This document shows positions 46,843 to 55,900 of a stretch of 64,000 nt of DNA, piece by piece; the stretch's first letter is position 1; each line of letters begins with the position of its first letter. Source of the stretch: Bacillales bacterium UBA4278 (GTDB lineage Bacteria; Bacillota_I; Bacilli_A; RFN20; CAG-826); NCBI GenBank assembly GCA_002395065.1, contig DGVS01000007.1:848-64847 (forward strand), written 5' to 3'. The notes below the pieces were generated by a model. That model was not told the DNA's origin. It worked only from the letters and a program-made list of their open reading frames with translations, and searched no databases. The position numbers and the translations under genes were made by a program.

Positions 46843-47715
46843 ATGAATGCACTCTATCTTTATTCAAATAAAACCGGATTACAACGTAAATTTAAAAAGC
46901 ATAACAAGATTATTGAGAGATTACGCAAAACTTTTGATTGCGTTGAACCTCATTTAACTTCTTCCATTGAAGATTTAATGTCGTCTTGTCGCGATGCAAA
47001 GAAAAACGGTTACGATGTGATTATTGTCTGCGGTGGTGATGGAACTTTAAAAGACGCTGTTAATGCCATCGCTCCTTTAAACAAAGAAGAAAGACCAATT
47101 ATTGGCTACATTCCAACGGGAACCGTAAATGATTCGGGTAAGTCATTTGGTGTTAAAGGAAGCATTCGCCAAGCAATCAAAGTAATTGAAAATCGTGAGG
47201 TTTTTGAAATTGATATTTGCAGAGCAAATAACGAATACTGGACATTTGTTGCTGCGATTGGTCAATACACCGATATTTCCTATATTGTTCCTCGTAAACA
47301 AAAGAAGGTTCTTGGACGTTTCGCTTATTACAATCAAGCTGTGAAAGAAGTCTTCACAAAGAAAAGAGTTCAAGTTCATTTGAAATGTGATCAAGGAGAA
47401 TTTGATTTTGAAACACCATTTTTGATGTGCCTTAACGGAGTCAATGTAGGTGGTTTTAGAGTCAATCCGAAAAACTCCTTGTTTGATGGTAAAATGGATA
47501 TCTATATTACTCCGACAACCATTTTTAATGGTTTAACCAACTATATCTTCCATCGAAAGAAGATTACGATAATTAGCACCAAACACGCTGAAATTTCCAC
47601 CTCAGAAAAAGGTTCGTGGTGTTTAGATGGTGAGGAAGGAATGAAGGGCGATCTTGTTTTAGACGTCTTACCACGTCATATCCAAGTGTTTGGATTCTTC
47701 AAAAACAATCGATAA
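46843..47715 (+). CDS. DAGK_cat family lipid kinase (YegS/BmrU/DagK-like)
   Basis: 290 aa with VIIVCGGDGTLKDAVNAI and IPTGTVND motifs. Confidence 0.85.
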   Translation: MNALYLYSNKTGLQRKFKKHNKIIERLRKTFDCVEPHLTSSIEDLMSSCRDAKKNGYDVIIVCGGDGTLKDAVNAIAPLNKEERPIIGYIPTGTVNDSGKSFGVKGSIRQAIKVIENREVFEIDICRANNEYWTFVAAIGQYTDISYIVPRKQKKVLGRFAYYNQAVKEVFTKKRVQVHLKCDQGEFDFETPFLMCLNGVNVGGFRVNPKNSLFDGKMDIYITPTTIFNGLTNYIFHRKKITIISTKHAEISTSEKGSWCLDGEEGMKGDLVLDVLPRHIQVFGFFKNNR

Positions 47716-47810
47716 ATTCAAAATTCCCAGCAAAACTCAACTATTTTTTAAAATTTATTCTTTAACTTTTTTTCTTATTGTTTTACAATATCAGCAACGG
47801 GAGGAAAATT

Positions 47811-49061
47811 ATGGAAGTTAAATCAAAAATGAAGATCATCTCCTTTGCGATTGCTGCTGCTTTTTTTGCGGTCGCATTGTTGCTCTTCTTCCTCGCCCCA
47901 ATTCTTGTTGAAGAAGTTGCCGCTGTTTACTCTGGTGCAACTACTTTATTAGGTGGAGCGAAAACTTTGTTTTCATTCGCATTTGACAACGGCAAATATT
48001 TGATTTTCTTTATCGTATTTGTTTTGTTTGTTTTCTGCTACATTTGGTGGATGATTGTCATCTTAATCCGTAAGAAATACAAATCATTTATTTGGTTTGG
48101 TGTGACCTTTGCTTTAATTCTTCTTAATGCATTTTCACTTTGTGGATTAATGGTTACAGTTGATGGCACCCAATCTGTTTTGAAACAAGTCTTTGCGCTT
48201 GATGGTGCACTGATTGGCAAAGCATTTGTAGCTGCTTCGTTAGCATTCTTCTTCTTCGGTGTGATGTTTACCACACTCTGCGCTTATAGTGACATTTTAC
48301 AATCACTTGAAGCACGTGCTAATGAAAGAAGTGCAGAAGAAGAGGAAATTCGCAAGATGGCTCGCGAAGAAGCCCAAGACGTCTATGACGATAAACGTAA
48401 CGCCATTCTTAAGGAGGATGCAGATATGTCAATTTATGATGATAAATTAAATTTAAAACGTCGTTCTGAGGATAGTAATGATGATTACTATGAAAACCTC
48501 ATCAACGAATTACCAATGTTTAGAAAACGCCGCGGTGAACAACCAGTTGAAAAGAAGGTTGTTGTTGAACACGTTGTCGAACAACCAAAACCAGAACCAA
48601 AACCAGTTGTTAAACCAGCTCCAGTAGTTGCTCCAGCTAAACCAGCTGCCGAACCATTCGAAAGAATTTCTTTCGCAGAACGTTTAGGCAAAGCTGATAA
48701 AGTTCTCAAAGAGCATTACAACGAAATTAAGAGTGAAATTCTCTCTTATGGTATTAAATCCCGTGTTTCCAACAGTGGTGATACATTCCGTCTCCATACC
48801 AAGACTTATGTCAAGGTTGTGGTTGCCGGTAAAGGTCTAAAGCTCTATTTAGCCCTTGATCCAAAGGCCTACAAGGATAGCACATTCCCAATAGGAGATG
48901 CTTCTGGAAAAGGACTTTACAAAGAAATTCCACTTGTCTTCAAGGTTAAATCCGAACTCTCTGTCCGCCGTGCCAAACAATTAATTGGTGAAGCCGCAGC
49001 TAAAGACGGATTAGTCCAAGGCGAAGTCGAAGCTCATGACTGGGCTAAAGAACTTAAGTAA
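47811..49061 (+). CDS. polytopic membrane protein with an acidic/Pro-rich linker and a conserved C-terminal globular domain
   Basis: 416 aa from ATG 47811, with GGGAGG 6 nt upstream. It has about 5 TMs and a PKPEPKPVVKPAPVVAPAKPAAEP linker. The C-terminal ~125 aa (SFAERL...LYLALDPKAY...) resemble a domain I have seen in uncharacterised Clostridia proteins. Confidence 0.6.
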   Translation: MEVKSKMKIISFAIAAAFFAVALLLFFLAPILVEEVAAVYSGATTLLGGAKTLFSFAFDNGKYLIFFIVFVLFVFCYIWWMIVILIRKKYKSFIWFGVTFALILLNAFSLCGLMVTVDGTQSVLKQVFALDGALIGKAFVAASLAFFFFGVMFTTLCAYSDILQSLEARANERSAEEEEIRKMAREEAQDVYDDKRNAILKEDADMSIYDDKLNLKRRSEDSNDDYYENLINELPMFRKRRGEQPVEKKVVVEHVVEQPKPEPKPVVKPAPVVAPAKPAAEPFERISFAERLGKADKVLKEHYNEIKSEILSYGIKSRVSNSGDTFRLHTKTYVKVVVAGKGLKLYLALDPKAYKDSTFPIGDASGKGLYKEIPLVFKVKSELSVRRAKQLIGEAAAKDGLVQGEVEAHDWAKELK

Positions 49062-49080
49062 GCCAAATTATTAACTAACA

Positions 49081-49110
49081 AAAGGTGAGCGTTGTCTCAC
49101 CTTTTTATTT
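49081..49110 (+). terminator. rho-independent terminator
   Basis: Stem aggtgag pairs with ctcacct, followed by TTTTTATTT. Confidence 0.75.
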
Positions 49111-49155
49111 GTTTAAATTGTAATTTAATGCTGACTCAACGATAATAGTATTAAC

Positions 49156-52100
49156 ATGAATAAGTTTCGCTTTAGACTGGTTTATTCATTAGGCGTACTA
49201 ACTTGTGCGCTTCCGTTAGCGCTATCTTCTTCCGTCCTCTCCTATGGAAATGCGGAAGGTCTTTTTGATTATTCTGATGGAAGTCACATCGCTTATTTAA
49301 ACGCCGGAGATTTCTTAGCTAAAAGCGGAATATCACTTGATCAAAGCGAAGTTGATTATTTAAATCAATCTTCATCAAATAAACTTGTCTACACGGAAGC
49401 TTTTAAAGATGATGATGTTAAAACATCTTTTGTTGGTGAGACGGAATATGTTTTCGCTCATGAAAAAAGTTATGTTGTTGCAAACGGAAGAGAATGGAAA
49501 TGGACGCCAAGTTATGTTGTGGCAAACTCCAATATTCCGTTTGTCACCTACGGTGATCTTTATGTTGCGTCTTTCCCATCATCTTTAGGATTAGAGAATG
49601 TTGATGTCTATTATGAGTTAAACCTCGATATTGCCCCACAAGTTTACAATTCATTTATTAATGAATCATATAACCAAGCAGTAGATTTAGACGCGACTTA
49701 CGAAGAATATCTTGATGAACTAGCTTACTATGATCGACGTCCAAAAAGTGAACTGGAATATGATCAACAAGTCAGCATTTATAACCAATACCTCGAAGAC
49801 TACCAGTCTTATTTAAATAAGAGGGAAAACTACGAAGACTATCTCCATAAAATGGAGGAATATAATGAGAATGTTCAGAAATATAATGACTATTTAGCTG
49901 CGAAAGAGCAATATGCAAAAGACTTCCAAACTTATAAGGAAGACCAAGAATACATCGCCTACTATTTAGCAAACATTGAACAAAACACCAAAGAGTACCA
50001 AGAATTTGGAATTAAATATGAAAACTCTCGTTACCAACTCAGTGCAATGAACGTTGCCTACATCCACGATACTGCTCGTCAGTCATCAATGGCAGACTAT
50101 ATTCTTTCGAACACAGTTGCTTCTGTTCTTGCCCGAAAAGACGAACTTTCTGCTCTTGGAGTACCAAATGACTTAATTGATGCTGCCGATGGTGCAACAG
50201 TTAAGCTGAGAACTTGTTTCCGTGAATACAAAGCATTAACCAATGATGAAGCACGTTATTCGTATTATTACATCAACTACAACTACATTAAATCAAACGC
50301 GAATATTTTACTTCGTTCTTTAGAACGTCTAGGAAGATATCCTTCAGTTCGTAATCTTGCTCAAGATCGAGGAAAACTTCCACAATACAACACACTCATT
50401 TTCCAACTAATTTATTTCTGCAACGCCGTTAACGACAACATTGTTTATAACTATGAAGCCTATAATCAAAGTACTGGGAAAGGTGACATGTCTCGACCTG
50501 GAGCAGCGATTCTTGATGAAAACTTCCAAATTGATGGAAGTACTTATAAAACCTGGCTTCAAGGTTACGAATATATTGATACAAGTAAAACCGCAACCCC
50601 AGCCACAGGTATTTTGCCAACTGAACAAGTTGTTCCTTTAGAACCTCCAAAATACTTAGATATGCCAACTGAACCATCATTAGTCCAAAAACCAGTTGCT
50701 CCAGCGGTGGTGAATGAACCAATTGCACCAGAAGAAGTTTTAGAACCAATTGAATATGATCCAGATGCTGTTGCTCCTGATTTACCATCCATTTTGGAAG
50801 TGGCGGCCAATCGCAATCTCTTAAATGCTTATCGAGATGGCAAAGTTGTCGAGAAAGATCTTTTAACTGAATCGGTTGAAATAATCATTTATGGTTATCG
50901 AAATGTTGAACTAAACAAAGATAAAGTGGCGATTTTTTATAACTATGATGACACTCCACTTCATTTTGTTTTCTTTGAAGGCACTGGTGTAATCTATGAT
51001 TACGACCTTCCGGTAAAACCAGGCGATGGTGTTTATAAGAACTTTTTGTTTGATTACTGGGCTGACGCGAATGGAAACCTAATCACTTTAAGTGAACTTT
51101 CTGTATCAACTGATATCTTCCCAGTTTTTGAAAACGGCCAACAAGAAAGGTGGGAAATCACCTGGGTTTATTCAGAAACTAACATTGAAACAAATGAGGT
51201 TCTTGGTGGAAATGTTCCAACTTCACCTAAGGTGCCGACCAAAGAAGCCACAGAAGAACACTATTATGTCTTTAAAGAATGGTCCCCGGAAGTAAAACAA
51301 GCCACGGAAAACGCCACTTATACTGCGATATTTGATGAACTGAATATCTATGATATTACATATGAAATTGATGGAAACCTTATTGTTTCAAAAGAACGTC
51401 AAAATTATTTACCAAACGCTCCAAAAACATATGAAGATAGCGAAGGAACATATTATGTTATTACTGGTTGGACCAAAGAAGGCTCAACTGAACCAGGCTT
51501 AGAAAAAATTGTCGGTGATACTTTGTATCATGCTATTTTTGAAAAATACTACACAATTACATGGAACATCCTTGGAGAAGTTTCAAAAGAAAGATATCCT
51601 GAAGGAGCTGATGTTTCCTATAAGGGAATCATGCCGGAAGAAATTCGTTTGGATCAATACTATAGTGCTTTTGAATTTGACCAAGAACTTGGAAAAGCCG
51701 ATTCTAATCGTACAATTACGGCAACCTATATTGACCATAACTATCCTCAAGTCTTACTTGATGTTGATAATTATATTATCAATCTTACCGGTGACTATTT
51801 GCCAAAAGAATTACCACTCAATGAAGGATACCTTCCTACATCATACAATTCCAGTTCTTATCATTATGAGATTACTGGGTGGACTTTAAACGGTTCAACA
51901 TATGTTGCTCAATTTGAAAAAACACCATTCATTAGTGGTGGCATCACATATAACTTTGTTGGAGAGACCTTAAAAGTCGATGCTTCTTTGAAACAGCTAA
52001 ATGAAGTGGATATCTCTTATCTTCTCTCACTTGTGAGAGATGGAAAACTTACTGAGATGCCTCTAAACATTATTTTTAAAGACGGTGAAGTATTTTTTAC

Positions 52101-52941
52101 TTCTAATCAAGTGAGATACCTTGCCATGAGAAATGCCGCCAGCATTGCACTTGTTTTCAATGATCTTGGTAATAAATCTTATAGCGTCTCAGTGGTTGTG
52201 AAAACAAGTGCTAACCAAGATGTTTTGATTCCTGATTTCTACCCAGTAGTAACACTAAAGAAAGATATCGATTATCTTCATTCCCAAGTTTATTATGACG
52301 AAGAAGAGATTAATGCTTCCTTTACTTATGGAGTCACTAAATTCCGGGCTCAAATAAATCTTTTATATGACATTATTCCATCGTACAACGTATCCGTCAG
52401 TGCATCAAATGCGGTTGAGGTTAGGCTCTCAAAAACAAGTGGCCATGTTGGTGATCAAGTTCATCTCGATTACACAGTCAAAAATGGTTACCACCTAGAA
52501 TTCGTTTCGGCCTACACAAAAGGCGGAGATATTGTTCAAATTGATAGTCAAAATAACATTACAATTCCAACTGATGATGTCATTATTAATTTTGTCTGTT
52601 CACGTGTGAATTATTCGTTAGATCTATACGTTGATGATGCATTATATGCATCATATAGTGTAAGTTACGGTGACACAATCACTCTACCAACATACATCAA
52701 AAAAGTTGGGGATGAGACCTATGAATATCTTTTCACAGGTTGGGGCATTAACTTCGAAACAATCTCGGTTACAGAAGACACCGAATTACACGCTCAATTT
52801 ATCAAAGTAGAACGCGATCAAAAGAGCGAAAAAAAGACTTCAAACGCAGTTAAAATTGCTGGTTATGTCGCCGTTGGAACGCTCTCAACTGGGCTTGTTG
52901 TTGGACTATTCTTTATTTTTAGAAAAATAATTAAACATTAA
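49156..52941 (+). CDS. giant surface protein with Listeria-Bacteroides (Flg_new) type repeats and a C-terminal TM anchor
   Basis: 1261 aa with an N-terminal signal peptide, a Y/E/Q-rich helical region and a Pro-rich linker. Repeated Y.(F/I)(K/T)(E/G)W.......Y.A.F units occur (YYVFKEWSPE..YTAIF, YYVITGWTKE..YHAIF, YEITGWTL..YVAQF, YLFTGWGI..LHAQF). The C-terminus is a hydrophobic helix plus RKIIKH, with no LPXTG. Confidence 0.7.
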   Translation: MNKFRFRLVYSLGVLTCALPLALSSSVLSYGNAEGLFDYSDGSHIAYLNAGDFLAKSGISLDQSEVDYLNQSSSNKLVYTEAFKDDDVKTSFVGETEYVFAHEKSYVVANGREWKWTPSYVVANSNIPFVTYGDLYVASFPSSLGLENVDVYYELNLDIAPQVYNSFINESYNQAVDLDATYEEYLDELAYYDRRPKSELEYDQQVSIYNQYLEDYQSYLNKRENYEDYLHKMEEYNENVQKYNDYLAAKEQYAKDFQTYKEDQEYIAYYLANIEQNTKEYQEFGIKYENSRYQLSAMNVAYIHDTARQSSMADYILSNTVASVLARKDELSALGVPNDLIDAADGATVKLRTCFREYKALTNDEARYSYYYINYNYIKSNANILLRSLERLGRYPSVRNLAQDRGKLPQYNTLIFQLIYFCNAVNDNIVYNYEAYNQSTGKGDMSRPGAAILDENFQIDGSTYKTWLQGYEYIDTSKTATPATGILPTEQVVPLEPPKYLDMPTEPSLVQKPVAPAVVNEPIAPEEVLEPIEYDPDAVAPDLPSILEVAANRNLLNAYRDGKVVEKDLLTESVEIIIYGYRNVELNKDKVAIFYNYDDTPLHFVFFEGTGVIYDYDLPVKPGDGVYKNFLFDYWADANGNLITLSELSVSTDIFPVFENGQQERWEITWVYSETNIETNEVLGGNVPTSPKVPTKEATEEHYYVFKEWSPEVKQATENATYTAIFDELNIYDITYEIDGNLIVSKERQNYLPNAPKTYEDSEGTYYVITGWTKEGSTEPGLEKIVGDTLYHAIFEKYYTITWNILGEVSKERYPEGADVSYKGIMPEEIRLDQYYSAFEFDQELGKADSNRTITATYIDHNYPQVLLDVDNYIINLTGDYLPKELPLNEGYLPTSYNSSSYHYEITGWTLNGSTYVAQFEKTPFISGGITYNFVGETLKVDASLKQLNEVDISYLLSLVRDGKLTEMPLNIIFKDGEVFFTSNQVRYLAMRNAASIALVFNDLGNKSYSVSVVVKTSANQDVLIPDFYPVVTLKKDIDYLHSQVYYDEEEINASFTYGVTKFRAQINLLYDIIPSYNVSVSASNAVEVRLSKTSGHVGDQVHLDYTVKNGYHLEFVSAYTKGGDIVQIDSQNNITIPTDDVIINFVCSRVNYSLDLYVDDALYASYSVSYGDTITLPTYIKKVGDETYEYLFTGWGINFETISVTEDTELHAQFIKVERDQKSEKKTSNAVKIAGYVAVGTLSTGLVVGLFFIFRKIIKH

Positions 52942-52983
52942 TTTTTTGTTTATTAAATTATATCTTTGTATATAATTATAACT

Positions 52984-55900
52984 ATGAAGAAGTTTAGTAA
53001 GTTTTTGAAACGAACAATATTCCTTGTTCTACCTGCGGTTTTCGCATTCACCTTGTCCCTTGGACATTTATCAAACGTCGCCCCATCTTATGCTGACGAA
53101 TCTAGTTCAGTCTCATCTGACTATGATGTTGAAAATGATATCTACACCATTCGTAAGACTGGTGATCATTCCATCGAACTTTTATTTAATGCTAACCCAA
53201 GGGTTTACAAAAACTTCCGTAAACATCATTTAACTGAACTCAAAGATTCCTTAATTGAAATACTTAAGGACATCGTTCATACAAAAATTACTGACTTATC
53301 AAAAGACGAAGTTGACCCAGAAACCGAAGATGTTGATGGTACTGGTGGTGATTATGAATCCATTCCTGAAGCAACTTATACTGGTGGTGGAGAGTTCTCC
53401 GAAGCACTAGTTCATGATGTTCATGATTATGTTTCATTGAAAACATACGCCGATATGTTAACCAGTTATTGTTCAATTGGTGAAGGTGGTGTTATTGGAG
53501 ATCCAGTTTTAACACGTATTACAAGCGCTGTCGTGGTTGCATATGCTCACTTCTGGGTGAAAGGTCAAATTTTAAGACATGACTGGCCAGAATCCGAAAA
53601 AGAAAATGTCTACCACGATTTTTGTGTTATTTTAGCTCAACGTTTACACAGTGCATTTGGTGTTGAAAAACAAGATGTTTATTCCCAAGTCTATGGCGCT
53701 GGTAGCGTCATCCTTGATAGTAGTTACGCTGTAACACTTACCCAAGTGACAGGCCTACTAAACATCATTCTTGGTAAATCCACAACCGGTTCCGATAGTC
53801 TTGGTGTTCGTGACTTACTTGATACAGTAAGTTATGTTGTTCCTGATAGCGATCCAGAAGTTTATATTCAAAATGTTCGTGATGAAATTCTTAGCTTAGT
53901 TTCTAATGCTGATGCTGGTTCATTAAGAACTTTCTTTAAAGAAACTCCATTAAGCGTTATTCAATCAATTGAAAGAGAAATCGACTTTTCCGGAAGTGAT
54001 TTAGACAAGATTCTAGAAGATGTTGGTATTGGTACATTTATTGATATCGCTAGTGATATTGGTGTCTATAAGACACAACAAATTATTGGTGCCTTAGTTG
54101 ACTTCAGAGACTATAAGAGCGATTTTATCTCCAAGGTCACTGAAATGACAACCGCACGCGATGTGTGGAAAGCTATTGAAAATATTCACATTGATGATGT
54201 TGAGGTCATGAAAGAAAAGCAGTTCATTTGGGATGGACTTGTTGAACTCTTCTCTCATTTCCCACCAATGAGCGAACTTAAAAATTATGCCGATAACCAA
54301 TGGAGACATGAATTCCATGTTGTCTTAGATACAGCGGTGGATGAAGTTGTTCTCGATGTTAATCTCGGATTTAAAGGAAACTGTAAATATCTTCGTAAAG
54401 CAGCCGATATTATCGACCGTCATCTCAAGATTCGCCAAGATGGTGACCACTTTGAGGTCGAAATCGATATGCCAAATTTCTTGGCAAGCATGTATCGCTA
54501 CTTATGCGAAGCCGATTTCTTTGACGATGATTTAAAACATGAACTGTGGGATTTAGCCTTCTCAACTGTTGATGAGGCCTACCAACATGTTCACCAAAAA
54601 ACAATCGCCGATTTGATGGCAAATGCTGAACAAATTGATTACAAGGTTCTTGCTGAATCGATTGTTTCTGCCGACGAAATTAAAGAATTCTTTGGAATTT
54701 CTCGTTTTGTCACCCAGGAAAGAGTCGACAAATTTATTGACCTTGTCTTTAAAGCTATTAACAAAGGTTCCACATTTGATATGGAACGTGTCTATGAACT
54801 TGTTGATGAATTCTATGAGATTCCTGCTGATCTAAAAGATCAAATTGATCGTGTTTACCAAAAAGTCGCTAAACTTTTAAAGAAGATTGCTGAACGTAAT
54901 TATGATGCGGAATTTATTCATGATTACTTAAGTAGTCATACATCAGAAGAATTTAATGAGAAGGTTGAAAACAAGATTGACCATTTCCTTGAAAATGCGA
55001 AAGTTCAAAAGTATTACAATCGTTTCCAACGTTTACTCGAAAAAGTTTATGCCAAAGTTCCACAAAAATATCGCACCAAATCATTAATGGATTTCTATCA
55101 AGGCGATAGCGTTTGGTCTGGTTCAGGAGACGCTCATTTCAATATCAAGAAGATTGTCCGTAAGATTCCAAAAATCGGACCAAAACTTGCTGATTTCTTA
55201 AGCGCCTTCTTTGATCGATTCCCAGACTATTTTTCACTTGATTTAAAATTCACTGGTCGTGATTTATATCGCATTTCTTATCACGTGGGTGATGAAGTGA
55301 AAACCGGTGCTCTTCCTATTGATACCGAAGCTACATTCTGGGCTAATCGCAACAGTATAACTGTTGATGAACATGAATATGGCATTGTTGCATGGGGCGA
55401 GAAAACTGGTGAAAATTCGTACGCACATCTAAAAGATATGCCAGCGCGTGATGTGGATGCCTATCCAGTTTATTTCACTACGAGTGCCGGCATCTCTAAG
55501 CCATACGATGGTCTTGAATCGACGCTTGAAGTGACACCAAATATCGAAATTCCACACGCTTACGAATATGTGTGGTATAAAAACGGCGTTAAAGTTGATG
55601 GTGCAACCGAAGCTTCATTAACTGTTAAAAACCATAGCGATAGTGGAACATACTATTGCGAAGTGGACGGAGTTAAACTCGATGAAATTGTTGTATCAAT
55701 TAATCAAGTCGAGGTTCCGTTCCCAACTCAAACCGAAACAATTGTCTGGGACGGAAACTCCCACGACTATTACACCTCCTTTGGAGCAACAAGCGAAGAC
55801 GATCTTCTTTATCATGGAAGCGGTGATGTTAGCGAAATCGAACCAGGAGAATACGAAGTTGATTTAGAACTAAAAGACACCGATAACTATATCTGGAGTT

